NCBI GenBank assembly: GCA_964016885.1
Contig: OZ024746.1
Span: forward strand, 45,384,001-45,448,000
Direction: 5' to 3'
DNA length: 64,000 bases
Source: Eledone cirrhosa
Taxonomy: Eukaryota
Shown: in pieces, positions 43,671 to 57,691 of the stretch
How positions within the stretch are numbered: the first letter of the stretch is position 1
Layout of the letters: every line of letters starts with the position of its first letter
Translations under genes and position numbers: made by a program
Notes under the pieces: model-generated
What the model was told of the DNA's origin: nothing
Databases searched by the model: none
The model's input: the letters and a program-made list of their open reading frames with translations, nothing else

Positions 43671-44452
43671 TTGTTAATGATAGATGATCAAATGTATCTC
43701 AGCTGGGCTCATCCCTTATTTTCCCATGAGAAGGGATTTCAACAACATACTTTCCAGCAAGTAAACATGTAAAGTATAGTTTGAGGGAATTTTGCTTGAT
43801 AATTCTAACAAGTCATGTGTCCATGTATAGACAGACCCCTTTGTTGGATTGGGATGGTAGTGGTACTTGCTGTAGTGATAGAATTAATACTTATAATGAT
43901 AGCAGTAGTAGATTTATTACTGGTTGTAAGGACTGGCAAGGTTATGTCAGTTGTAGAGAAGGGTGCTGAAATATAGAAGTGAAGGTAATAGTAGGGGGTA
44001 TTAAAGTTAGTGTATCTCAGGGGTGGTGGTCATGGCTTTTGTTAATAATATTTGTCATAGTGTTGGTGGTGGTTTCTGTGCTGATAGGGTAATGGTGGTG
44101 TTGCTGGTGACAGTATTTTTGGAGATGATGTGATGTTGATAATGATAACATTGGTGATGTTTGGCTTTCACAGTATGTGGGTTGATGGATACTGTTGTTA
44201 TTGGTTCTGGTGATCCTAATAGTGATGATAATGCTGGTGGTAAAAGTGAAGATGACAGTGATGATAATTGTGAAGATGTTGGTGATGATGTTAATAAGAA
44301 TTGTAAAATTATAATGTTGGTTGTGCTGGTGGTGGTAATGATAATGGTGTGTGTGTTTATAATGATAGTGGCACTGGTTTCTGTTAGTGATGATGATGTT
44401 GATGGATATGATAGTGATGGTGGCAGAAAATGATGATAGAGCTAGTTACTAA

Positions 44453-44453
44453 A

Positions 44454-44484
<31 letters not shown>

Positions 44485-44490
44485 TCTCTC

Positions 44491-44528
<38 letters not shown>
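44453..44528. repeat. (CT)n microsatellite within GAT/TTA-rich low complexity (about 44000-45260)
   Basis: Direct reading. Confidence 0.95.
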
Positions 44529-44533
<5 letters not shown>

Positions 44534-45410
44534 TACTTGCTCTTTCTCTTCCTTCTCAAGATTAAATTTTTTGCCTTTGATGTCTGACTTCTCATTTCTT
44601 TTTACTACAGATATGATTTCTTTCTCAATGCAATCTCAAAAATGTTTGCCATACCACATAGGATTTAGTCTGGCTTCTAGAATGTTTGTTGTTTGTGATT
44701 TTTATTGATGTTATATGTCGTCTTCATTGTTGTTGTTGTTCATCTTCTTGTTTCTATTACTTCTATTATTGTTGTCATTAATGGTCTATTTTTTTCCTTT
44801 TTCTAATGTCTTTTTTTCCGCTTGTTCATCTTCATTATTAACAATGTTATTATTATTATTTTATTATTATTTCTTCTTCTTCTTACTATTATCATTGTTA
44901 TTATCATATAATAGTAGTAATAGTGTTATTATCAACATTATTTCTATTACCATCGCATCAGCATCATCGTCACCATCAACATAAGCAGCAGCAGCATTGT
45001 CCCTGTCATCAATATTGTTATAATTGTTGATGTTATAGTTGATGTTATAGTTGCTGTTGTTGCAGACATTATTATATTTTTATTAGTGTTATTAATGCTA
45101 CAGCATATTTCTGTATACTACAATGATCTCCACCACCACCATTACTACAACATATTCTACAAATACTATTAATGTTGCTACTAATGTTATTTTCCTGTTG
45201 TTATTGATGGGGATTCCTGAGCCAGAAAACACAACTAAAAGGTAGTAGTAGTAGTAGGTAGAATGTTTACAATATATATATTGATAGATATATTATTATT
45301 ATTACTCATTTTTATTGTAACACCCCCCCCCCCCCCCACACACACACGCACACTGTCCCTGTCTTTGTAATATCCACTTTATGTTGGTCCTTGTGGCCAA
45401 TAAATGAAAC

Positions 45411-45500
45411 CGAGGTTAACTTTGCCTTTCATCCATTTGGAGTCGATAAAATAAAGCATCAATAATGCACTGGGATAATTGCTGGCCTTGTGCCAAAAGT
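45411..45500 (+). mobile_element. Meta-domain SINE fragment
   Basis: Family match. Confidence 0.8.
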
Positions 45501-45736
45501 TTTAAAATATTATTATATTATTGTGATTAGTCCTCGTTGCTACCTTGAGTTTTATGCGTCCCTTTGTGAACTTTGAAACTGAAAAACTCAGAATAACAAC
45601 AGAAATTAGTCACAGTAATATAATAAAATTATAAAGTATTCTCTACTTTGGTATCAAACGTGTGTTCCTTGCATTTGCAAATCCAAATATAAAGATATAT
45701 ATTACATACCTACATACATAAATGCATATATATATA

Positions 45737-45956
45737 GCATAGATTGAGTTAGAAAATCAAAATAGTCTTTTACAATTAAATAGCTCAAAGAAGGGAATCT
45801 TTCCGAACCGTGTAATATAATTGAATATATGATAGAGATGAACACAGTTATAAGTATACATGTGTTCCAATTGCAAATGACCATTGGTCATTTGCAATTG
45901 GAACACATATATACTTATATCTGTGTTCATCTCTATCATATATTCAATTATATATA
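45737..45956 (-). mobile_element. Fold-back pLTR-like remnant (~140-bp palindrome centred at 45884)
   Basis: About 45815-45883 mirrors 45885-45953. Contains the hammerhead 3'-half-like GGAACACAUGUA and the shared bulged hairpin at 45783-45808. Confidence 0.55.
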
Positions 45957-47475
45957 TAGAATTAACAATGAATATTGTGAAGAATTTAGAGTAAAAGTTG
46001 GTGTTCATCAAGGCTCTGTCCTTAGCCCCCTCCTATTTATTATTGCCCTTCAGGCTATAACAGAGGAGTTCAAGACCGGCTACCGATGGGAACTCCTATA
46101 TGCAGATTATCTAACGCTCATAGCTGAATCAATGGCTGAACTAAAAAAGAAATTCCAAACATGGAAGCGTGGCCCAGAATCAAAAGGCCTTAAAGTTAAC
46201 TTGTCTAAGACTAAAGTCCTAATTTGTAGAAAGGAAAATAAGGCACAGGTACCCTCAGGGAAATGGCCTTGCTCAGTGTGTAGGAAAGGAGTAGGCAGAA
46301 ATTCAATTTTATGTCCCAAATGCAAAGTATGGGTACATAAAAGATGTAGTGGGATCACAGGTAAACTATCTAAGAACGTAGACTTTATATGTGGCTGATG
46401 CTCAAGTGCAATAGGTGGCAAGTGTCCACAGGATACTAGCCCCTTCTATTACCCAGATGGTTCTATAGAAATAGTAGACACTTTCCGTTACCTGGGTGAC
46501 AAAATCAGCAGTGGTGGAGGGTGTTCTGAAAGTACAGTAGTTAGAGTCAGAACAGCATGGAAAAAGTTCAGAGAGCTTATACCGCTGTTGGCCACAAAAG
46601 GTTTCTCTCTAAAAATGAAAGGCAGATTGAATGATGCTTGTATACGAACAGCAATGTTACATGGCAGTGAGACATGGGCATTACGTGCAGAGGACCTGCA
46701 TAGACTGGAAAGGAACGAAGCATGCATGCTCCATTGGATGTGTAATAGTAATATATGTGAACGGCAAAGCATAAATGAACTAAGTGAGAAATTAGGAATA
46801 AGAGGGATCAGATGCTGTTTACTAGAGAGAAGACTATGTTAATATAGCCACGTGATGCGCATGAAAGATGACAGCTGTATAAAAAAGTGCAGAGCGATCA
46901 AAATTGATGGTAGTTACAGAGTAGGTAGACCCAGAAAAACCTGGGACGATCTGATGAATTCAGACCTTACACACTTGCACCTCTCTAAGACAATGTCACT
47001 GGACCGAGATCTTTGGCGCTACGCAGTAATATAGAAGACCCGCCTTGCCTATGTACAAAGCGAAACCTACAGTCAGTAGGCACCTCTTAACCAAATATAC
47101 ACCCAATCCACTACCTCTACCCTATCCTCCCACTCCCACCATCCTCTCTCTATAAAGTTGTTACCACAACATCCAGTCCAAATAAATGAGATAATGAGAT
47201 CGAGATCAAGATCGTGTAGGTGTCACGAGAAAATACACACAGTCCACGCTGTAATGTGGCCGTGTGAGTAACACGGTAAAAAGTTCCCAGTTCCACACTG
47301 TAAATATGGTTGGTGTTAGGAAGGGCATCCAGCCGTAGAAAACCTGCCAGATAATCATATATGAGCGAGACATGGTCACCCGACCAACATTGCCTCAAGT
47401 GGGAAAACTCCCGTCTAACCCGTGCTAGCGTGGAAAATGGACGTTAAACGAAGATAATGATGATGATGATGATGA
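45957..47475 (+). mobile_element. 5'-truncated RTE-type LINE with a PHD-like insert (pseudogenised)
   Basis: VGVHQGSVLSPLLF, LLYAD, GLKVN..KTK, KWPCSVCRKGVGRNSILCPKCKVWVHKRCSGI, FRYLG, HGSETW, GRPRKTW; in-frame stops; (GAT)n tail. Confidence 0.9.
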
Positions 47476-47813
47476 TCTATATTATATATATATATATCTA
47501 TATTATATATAATATATCTATATTATATATATGTATATTATATATATGTATATTATATATATGTCTATATTATATATATGTATGTATATTATATTTATAT
47601 GTATATCTATATTATATATATGTATGTATATTATATTATATATATATATGTATATTATATATATATATGTATATCATATATATATATGTATATTATGTAT
47701 ATTATATGTATATTATATTATATATGTATATTATATATATGTATATTATATATATATATGTTTATTATATATATATGTATTATATATATATGTGTGTATT
47801 ATATATATATATA

Positions 47814-48880
47814 TACTAGCAGATTTACCCGGCGTTGCCCAGGGTTTGAAATTATGCTAAGAATATACAGCTAGGAAGTACATGGCTTAGTGGTTAGAGC
47901 ACTGGCCCTGCAATCAAAAGGTTGTGAGTTTAATTCTCCGACCGGGTGATGTGTTGTTTCCTTGAGCAAGACACTTTATTTCACATTGCTCCAGTTTACT
48001 CAGCTGTAGAAATGAGATGATAGGGACTGGGGTCCATATCATTCCACTGCAAAGTGGTCGTGCAGGTGCCACGGCAAAAAAGCACCCAGCACTCACTGTA
48101 AATAAGGTTGGTGTTAGGAAGGGCATCCAGCTGTAGAAATCAAGCCAGAATCAGTTCCCGTCCCACCCTTGCAAGAAGGGAAAAAGCGGACGTAAAATGA
48201 AATGATGAAATGAATGAAATGATGAAGTAAAAGAAGAAAATTATTTTTCCCAAACTTGTCAAAATAGACAGAAGTCTTCAATAATTAAAGCAAACGAATA
48301 TTTACTGCAATCTTTGTACACATAAAACTATGCTGATAATGAAGGAAAATTTTGTTTTAACTGATTTCTTCATTGTAATAATAGTTTTTTTTATAAATTC
48401 ACAATATCCTGGAAGATTAGATAATGCCTGCCTTAAATAGGGACGAAATTATTTTAAAAATGTAAAAGTTGTAGGTCCTAACGGTTTTACAGCATACACT
48501 TTAGAACAAATAATCTTCTTGTATTACCTCGATGGCATAGGCAATGCCTGCCTCACATTTCGTAAAAAACAGCTTGAAAAATGTAAAAGTAATTGCAACT
48601 TTTAATTTGCATGGAAAATCCCATAAGGATTTTGTCTTATGTGTTATCTCCCTTACATCATGCCCTTTAGAAAAAATAATTTGGCTATCGATAATTTTGC
48701 TATTGATTTCTTATTACTGAACGTGGGTCGATTTGAAAAAAAATTGTGATGTGACCATCTTAGTGACAGGTGCAACGTACACAGAAAATTAGGTCAAATT
48801 CAGTTGGGAATTGTAAAAGCCTTAGGTGTCCAAATTGTACACAGACAAACACACATCCTCGCTTTTATATATATATAGAT
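47814..48880 (+). mobile_element. Non-autonomous Helentron/HINE-like element with a nested SINE
   Basis: Left end actagcagatttacccggcgttgcccaggg and right end acagacaaacacacatcctcgcttttatatatatatagat resemble DINE/HINE termini. Confidence 0.6.
47874..48225 (+). mobile_element. CORE-type tRNA-SINE with an RTE-derived 3' tail
   Basis: tggcttagtggttagagc A-box, cttgagcaagacacttt CORE-like stretch, ggtgttaggaagggcatccagc tail shared with the LINE at 47310. Confidence 0.85.
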
Positions 48881-48890
48881 GTGTATTTCA

Positions 48891-49008
48891 ATCTGAGTTC
48901 AAATCCCGCCGAGGTTGACTTTGCCTTTCATCCTAACGGGGTCGATAAAATAAAGTACCAGTAATGCACTGGTTAATTGCTGGCCTTGTGCCTAAAGTTG
49001 AAACAATT
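48891..49008 (+). mobile_element. Meta-domain SINE fragment
   Basis: Family match. Confidence 0.85.
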
Positions 49009-49169
49009 ATATATATATGTGTATTATATATATATATGTGTGTATTATATATATATATGTATATTATATATATATATGTATATTATATATATGTATATTA
49101 TATATATATGTATATTATATATATATATAATATACATATATATATGCATTATGTATATATATGTATATT

Positions 49170-49289
49170 GGCCCTTGCCATTCTGAGTTCAAATCTCGCT
49201 GAGGTTAACTTTGCCTTTCATCCTTACGGGGTCGATAAAATAAAGTACAAGTAATGGACTGGGGTAATTGCCAAAAGTAGAAACAATTA
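49170..49289 (+). mobile_element. Meta-domain SINE fragment
   Basis: Family match. Confidence 0.85.
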
Positions 49290-49474
49290 TATATATATAT
49301 ATATGTATTATATATATATATATGTATTATATATATATATGTATTATATATATATATTTATTATATATATATATGTATATTATATATATATATATGTATA
49401 TTATATATATATATATATGTATATTATATATATATGTATATTATATATATGTATTATATATATATATATATATG

Positions 49475-49523
<49 letters not shown>

Positions 49524-50093
49524 ATATGTATTATATATATATATATATGTATTATATATATATGTATTATATCTATATATATATGTATTATATATATATG
49601 TATTATATATATATATATTATATATATGTATTATATATATATATATGTATTATATATATATATATTATACATTCATTTGCTTTTTACATTCATTTGATTT
49701 ATTGACTTATTGATTTTTTATCTGAGTGTCCCGAATCTTCCAGATCGCAATTTTTCGGTCGTATGGTTGATTATAGACTTGTTCTATGTGTGACGGTATT
49801 TTAACGATAGTTATAGCTCTGATTTATCTAAATTATTGAGCCCTCTGCCGCTCATATCGAATTTTGTTTATCGTGAACTCGTGCGCCGATTTTTCGATAC
49901 TCGATTATTCTACTATATATATATTATATATATGTATTATATATATATATATGTATATTATATATACATATGTATATTATATATATATGTATATTATATA
50001 TATATATATCTATATTATATATATGTATATTATATATATATATGTATATTATATATATATATATGTATATTATATATATATATATATATATAT

Positions 50094-50424
50094 GGAGGCA
50101 CATGGCTTAGTAGTTAGAGCATTGGCCTTGCAATCGAAAGTTTGTGACTTCAATTCTCAGACCAGGTGATGTGTTGTTTCCTTGAGCAAGATACTTTATT
50201 TCCCATTGCTCCAGTATACTCAGCTGTAGAAATGAGATGATAGAGACCCTATCATTCCATTGCAAAGTGGTCGTGGAGGTGCCACCGCAAAAAAGCACCC
50301 AGCACTCACTGTAAATGAGGTTGGTGTTAGGAACGGCATCCAGCTGTAGAAATCAAGCCAGAATCAGTTCCTGTCCCACCCTTGCAAGCAGGGAAAAGCG
50401 GACGTAAAATGATGATGATGATGA
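50094..50424 (+). mobile_element. CORE-type tRNA-SINE with an RTE-derived tail
   Basis: Close copy of 47874-48225. Confidence 0.85.
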
Positions 50425-50756
50425 TATGTATTATATATATATGTGTATTATATATATATATATGTATATTATATATATATATATGTATTATATATATATG
50501 TGTATTATATATGTATATTATATATATATATGTATATTATATATATATATGTATATTATATATATATATGTATATTATATATATATATGTATTATATATA
50601 TATGTGTATTATATATATATATTATATATATATATATGTATATTATATATATATGTATATTATATATATATATATGTATATTATATATATACATATGTAT
50701 TATATATTATATATATATGTATTATATATACATATATATATGTATATATATATATA

Positions 50757-50929
50757 GGGCGGCGGATTGGCAGTATCGGTAGAGGGTCGGACGCCATGCT
50801 TTCCAGCATAGTTATGTACCTTTATGATCTGAGTTCAAATCCCGCCGAGGTTAACTTTGCCTTTCATCCTTACGGGGTCGATAAAATAAAGTACCAGTAC
50901 CTGGCCTTATGCCTAAAGTAGAAACAATT
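50757..50929 (+). mobile_element. Meta-domain SINE
   Basis: Family match. Confidence 0.85.
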
Positions 50930-51387
50930 ATATATACATATATATATTATATATATATATATGTATTATATATACATATATATATATATATATGTATTAT
51001 ATATACATATATATATATATAATATACATATATATATATAATATACATATATATATTATATATATATATATATATATATGTTTTATATATATATATATAT
51101 ATTGCAGTGGCGAAGGGTAACCTGGAAAGCAGGGCATGCAGTCCAATCGCTATGGCGGAAAGTGGGGCTGTGCAGCCTTTACACCCTCCCCAATTCCCTC
51201 CAAATGACCCACCCCCCAGTCAAACCCGCATGTAGTGTTATCTAGTGTGTGTGTGTGTGCGTGTTATCTTTTTATGTGTCTACGATTTAGTAAGCAGCCA
51301 AAATTCTGCTTGCTTCAACTGATGCAATTGATCAACTCAAGATTCTATAATGCATGCACCCTTTGCCCCTGGTATATTGTATATATG

Positions 51388-51435
<48 letters not shown>

Positions 51436-51556
51436 TATATATATATATATATGTATATTATATATATATATATATGTATATTATATATATATATATGTAT
51501 ATTATATATATATATATTATATATATATATGTATATTATATATATATGTATATTAT

Positions 51557-51614
<58 letters not shown>

Positions 51615-53399
51615 CATTTATATACAGATAGATTGATAGATAGATGATTTTTGTTGATATTATTTTACTTACTTTAGATACTTATACGCCAGTTGTTGTG
51701 GTGCAGTTGCAGAAAAAAAAATTAATATGGCTGCATGGAGTATTTTGACATTTTTCAGTATAAATATTTGCCAGAAGATATCAAAAGGATGTTTAATAAT
51801 CTATAATTGGAAGGAAAACTTGCTTCCATTTCAAATATGGTTAACAAGAAATATTTTTGCTTGAACGGTAGAAAGTCAAACATTATGATATATTCCTCTC
51901 TAAAAGAATTTCTATAGTTCAGTCTTAGGGTTCCGGACCCTTGTTATCAATACAACCTTAGCTGGCACAAAACCAAAAAAACCATACAAAATATTAAAAA
52001 AGAAAAAAATATATAAAGAAGAAAAAGAAAGAAGGTTGGTGTAATGCTTTATTTTGAATTATTTCAAAGAATATATCATGATAGCAACATCTGTACTGCA
52101 CTCAGTTGCTTATGAATTAAGGAAAGAGGAAATATTGAATGAGATAAGATAAAATGATAAAGCATCTTTCTGCCATATATGGTTAATGTGACCGGTGAGA
52201 GAGGTTATAATGTTAGTATCAGACTAAGACATGATGTCATAGCATCATATGTAAAGAAAGATTTCATATCTGTTCACTATCTCATACAGAGAAGTTATGT
52301 AATGACTACATTTTTGTTCTTTTTTTTTACTTTGATATAAATACAGTGAAGCACAAAACTATACTGCAAGCCATTTGCTACCATACTTATATCATTTGTG
52401 AAAACTTTCTTATTTTCAGGATTTCTAAAATAAGTGCAAAGTCACACATTTTACGGAACTGATGCAGTCAATTACGTTGGCTACAGAATGTAACTGCCAC
52501 TCCACCATATATTATTAATTATTTATTAAGAAACAAGTTCAGTTTTGAATGACAAAGGCTCATCATGAATTGTGTCAGAAATTGATGGAAGGTAAAAGTA
52601 TTGCAACTCAAAATCTAGAGATAATAATCTAAGTACTAAAATATGATATTTGAAAGCAAGGAGTACAGTTGGTTAATCTAGCCCTCATACATGCCTGGTA
52701 AGTGCTGGTGATATTTGTTTCTTACTTTGTTGGTTAGCTCCAGGCAACAGTAGATAGCAAAATCTGGGATTGGGAATATTTTAGTTTGATTCTCAAAATT
52801 AACACTTCACATTATATATATACAAACACATCTAACCGGATGTTATGGTGTTTCTTTTTTATTTCAAAATCTCTGAAATGTAATATACAGAATATCATAT
52901 TTAACCACCACCGAATACTGGGATTTTTAATTTATTTGTGTTATACTTCAGGCAATAACATCTGTTAATTTCTCTCTAGGCTTTTTTATAACCACAGTCA
53001 CATTTCATAGAACAGAAAGCAATATATTTTCTGAGGGATTATAAAGGAGACACTACAAGTGAAACATATCAATTGTTTCACCTTACCACATTACAAGTGA
53101 TAGTTAAATCTGAAGAACATTATCTACACCATGTTTTTTTTATTATTTTATTTTTCTCTCTCTTAACAACATTGTACAATGTCATAGAGTTATAGTTGGT
53201 TAAATTAATTGGATTTTGGACTGCTAACAAAGTGTCCATGTTTTGCATTGCATTACTAGAACTGCATTGTTTATATGGCAAATATACCTGACTGTCAAAT
53301 GGCCCAGTACATCTGGCTGCAAAGAGTGCCATGGAGTAGACTAAATGAAAAATATATATTATTGACAAGAAGCTTGTTAGATTCCAGTACTGAATTAAA

Positions 53400-55000
53400 A
53401 TTAAAATTGTACTTTAGATAACAGTAAAAGACAAGATGTTTCAAGAAAGGCTAACAGAATGAATACAGCCATCCTGCCCCTGTTGGGACATAAACAGCTA
53501 TCAGTCTAAAAGCACTACGTTCAATATCATCCACATTGAGATCCGCCACCTTACCATTCATTTCCAGGAAGATCATCCATACTTTGAGATACAGGCCCCT
53601 CTTAAACAGTCCTGCCGCCCGTCACTGATTCCAGGCTGACTACGAGATGTATAGATATCAAAGTCTTTGAAAATAGGGGCTAGGTGTGCATGTTGGAAAT
53701 CCTGGTCTCGCTGATTGTCTTCGTCTCTATAGATAGTGACATGAGGCCATTGAAAAAGTGATCTTGCCTCCAGGACAACCCAAGGCCACCTGCATTTATA
53801 CAACCTGTTCTTAAACACACCATGGTATCTGGAGAGTTACTTATCTTCCCAGTACTTTATATCAAGATAGGGTTATTTTGGGATCTCCTTTAAAATCCAA
53901 CTAATGGCTTTACATTAGGGTTCTTACATCACAGAGGATATTCACCCTAATGAATTTATTTCTTGAGAGATATAAGCACCATAGTAATGTTTGTGTTACC
54001 AACATCAGGAAGTTATCTGTGTGTGGTTGTTTGGTGGTGTTTCTGTGTGCCTGTGCAGTTATTGAGTGTATTTTCTTTTTGTTGTGGTTAGTTGTGACTG
54101 AGGTAGAGTTGTTGTTGGTGTTACTGGTGATGATTATGTTGACAGTTGTAATGATGATTGAGTTTGTGTTGTAGCAGGTGTGTCTCAGTTTGGTGTGTGA
54201 GAGGAGGAGCAGTTGTAGACTGGGTGTTGGCAAATGACAGAATGTGTTTTTACTTTTTTGCATATCACTTTTGTTGTTTCTTTTGGGGTTTTCAGGGTTC
54301 ATCTTCCTCTTCATTAGGGGATGTCGAAGTGCCTGTTTCTGACAAATATGATTTGAATAGTGGGGAGGGGCAGTTGTTTATTTAAGTGTCTATGTGTGTT
54401 TAAAGGGGGCAAGGAGAGTGGACGAGACAAAGAGCTATGTTGGGAGATGCCCTTCATGGTTTTCATTATGTGTGTTGTATTTCTTGCTGCTGTTGATGAT
54501 GGTAACAGTGCTTTTATTGTTTCTGCTGTTGGCGTTGTGTTGTTGTTGTTGTTACTCCCACTGTAGTTGTTGATTTGGCTTTCACTGTTAGTGTTGCTGC
54601 TAACATGGTTGGTGTAGCTGTTGTTGTTATTCGCTGCTAGTTTTGTTGTTGCTGGGGTTCTTGTGATAGCAGCAACAGGGTTCTGTTGTTCTTTGTCTTC
54701 TGTTGAGGGAGAAAATTTTACAAGGGGCCAGTCTCATCACACAGATAGCAACAAGACCTTTAGCCCTCAACTACAACATGTAATTCCACTCCCCCTGGAA
54801 GGTGACTGAAGTCCATTTTATGGAAACCATGCAAAATAACAACATATTAGTGTTTTTATTTTCTCTGTTGCAGTGTGCCAGATTATGAAGAATCACTACA
54901 GATGGCTAAGAAACATTTGCAAACAGCCCAATTCATGCCAGCAGTGCAGTGCTATATTTAGGTATAATCTAAACACACGGTGTACAGGGGATCTAAAATT
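53400..55000 (-). mobile_element. Degenerate Tx1-like LINE 5' part (ORF1 zinc knuckle and APE endonuclease start)
   Basis: Minus strand: LPGGVELHVVVEG*RSCCYLCDETGPL at about 54720-54810; VADLNVDDIERSAFRLIAVYVPTG at about 53480-53550. Confidence 0.6.
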
Positions 55001-56253
55001 AATTAAAAGGTACATATGCTTTCAGTTTCTGTGTGATCTTCAAATGTAAAATTTTAACACCAAACTTTATGTACTCTAAGACCTAACAACGAATGACCCA
55101 GGCGTTACATGCCAGCATAGAATGTTGAATGTATAATGATAAGGATGAGGATAATGATATTGATGTGATGATGATGTTATATCATCATTAACTTCAGCAT
55201 TATCTTAGCATCTTCACATCCATCTCTATTACTTCTCCCTGTGTCTTCTAGTGTGATGTTGGAATTGACCCATTAAAATTTTAATGTTGCAATTCAAGTT
55301 GAAATGGCAGAATGACATCAACTTATATTGTTGGATATTTGAAATTTCTAAGAACTTGGCCATAAGAACAGTGCCTGAAATAAGTTTGGTAAATCAATTT
55401 ACATTCCAATTGGAATAAGATTCCACATCCAAAATACTGCTTCTTTGGAACCTATTTATGTCACTGTCACCTTTGACTGCCAGCACACATCTTGTTTTCT
55501 TTCAGCACTCATCATCCATTTACACAACATATTCATACCAGTGAAGTTGTCTTGCTTGTGCACATCAATGTCAAACTATATTATTATCAGACCTTAAACA
55601 TTTTCTGTCTATTTACCACATATGAAAGTGTTAAAGAATAGCTGTTACTATCATTATTCCCCTAGAACCTGCCCAGTATTATCCTCTATAATACTGGGCA
55701 ACATAGAACAAATGCAGAATGGTAGACATTATGACTCTATATGTAGTGGGCTTTATAATACTCACCAAAACTCAACCAAATAACAAAATATATAAATATT
55801 CCAGAAAAATGCTGATACATAAATAACACTGAATAACACAGATAAAAACAAGATGAATTATTATTTTCTTCACACCATTACAAAATAAATGCATCCCACA
55901 CAAAATTACACTTTGTAAATATGACAGAAAAGACATAAAGCTTCTATAATACAACACTAATGATAATAAAACACCATTAGGAAACTAAAAGATTTAGTCA
56001 TCACTCATGACACTATAGCAATAATTCACGAAATATTTGAACTAAAGGAGCAACATTCTAATTGATACTCAAATCAAACTAAAATGAACTTTTTACAAAT
56101 GGTGGTATTATAATATACATGAAATCTTGCATTTATTATATTGATATCGTAAATGCCATTTTTAACTAAATAAGAAACAATACTACACTAAAAATGAAGA
56201 TTTTCAAAAATAAAAATTAGCAACACAAAGCTGATTGTGATATATATATATAT

Positions 56254-56276
56254 AGAGAGATAGAGAGAGAGAAAGA

Positions 56277-56341
<65 letters not shown>
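56254..56341. repeat. (GA)n microsatellite
   Basis: Direct reading. Confidence 0.97.
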
Positions 56342-56343
<2 letters not shown>

Positions 56344-56564
56344 TAATATGAGTTTTTAACAAAAAAAATAAAATAACTGTGAGCCAGTTTCTTATAGTAA
56401 TCTTCTGATGAAGGGATTTTAGTTCCAAAATATTAGAGCAGATAAATAAAATACAAGCATCACACAAACCCATTCATTGCCTTGAAATCTTTTGAAATTT
56501 ACGAGCTGTTTCTGATTGTCATAGCCTTCAAATAGCATACTACTTTATATATATATATATATAT

Positions 56565-57691
56565 ATATGATAAAGAACACAAGAGCGTCTACAACATCAA
56601 ATGATTTTTATTGGCTTACAATGTTTCTTCCTTACGTAACCGTAGGATTCGTCAGAGCTATAAAAGGGGTTTGGTTGGTGTTATGGACTCTACCAACCAA
56701 ACATTCAAGAACAAAGAGTAAAGAGAGTAAAGAGCAAAAGTAGGGGACGATAAGTCCTGGATGGGGTTGAGATGTTCTTGAGTGATATAGGTAGGTAGTC
56801 TTTAGTTAGCATGCTGCCAATCAATTATAATCATACACACAAGGTGGACAGGTTATAAGGATTTAGCTCAACCGGGGGGAGCCTTATAACCTGTCCACCT
56901 TGTGTGTATGATTATAATTGATTGGCAGCATGCTAACTAAAGACTACCTACCTATATCACTCAAGAACATCCCAACCCATCCAGGACTTATCGTCCCCTA
57001 CTTTTGCTCTTTACTCTCTTTACTCTTTGTTCTTGAATGTTTGGTTGGTAGAGTCCATAACACCAATCAAACCCCTTTTATAGCTGTGACGAATCCTACG
57101 GTTACGTAAGGAAGAAACATTGTAAGCCAATAAAAATCTTTTGATGTTGTAGACGCTCTTGTGTTCTTTATCATATATACGGCTCTGCTCCAAAGCATAG
57201 AGCTAATTATTATGCTGCGAATACCTTAATGGGACACGGGTATACAATACCTAACTCCTATTAACCTAAGTATTTCTACGGCTCCCCCCGGTTGAGCTAA
57301 ATCCTTATAACCTGTCCACCTTGTGTGTATGATTATAATTGATTGGCAGCATGCTAACTAAAGACTACCTACCTATATCACTCAAGAACATCCCAACCCC
57401 ATCCAGGACTTATCGTCCCCTACTTTTGCTCTTTATTCTCTTTACTCTTTGTTCTTGAATGTTTGGTTGGTAGAGTCCATAACACCAATCAAACCCCTTT
57501 TATAGCTGTGACGAATCCTACGGTTACGTAAGGAAGAAACATTGTAAACCAATAAAAATCTTTTGATGTTGTAGACGCTCTTGTGTTCTTTATCATATAT
57601 ACGGCTCTGCTCCAAAGCATAGAGCTAATTATTATGCTGCCAATACCTTAATGGGACACGGGTATACAATACCTAACTCCTATTAACCTAA

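Larger units (their letters stand above)
49290..51620. repeat. Compound (AT)n minisatellite blocks with unit about tatatatgtat(at)ta, interspersed with SINEs; same unit at 47478-47813
   Basis: Direct reading. Confidence 0.9.

Noticed and set aside
55760-55980. Possible minus-strand host exon ending at a GTGAGT donor
   Set aside because: No open coding frame through the donor and no partner exons; RNA-seq would be needed.
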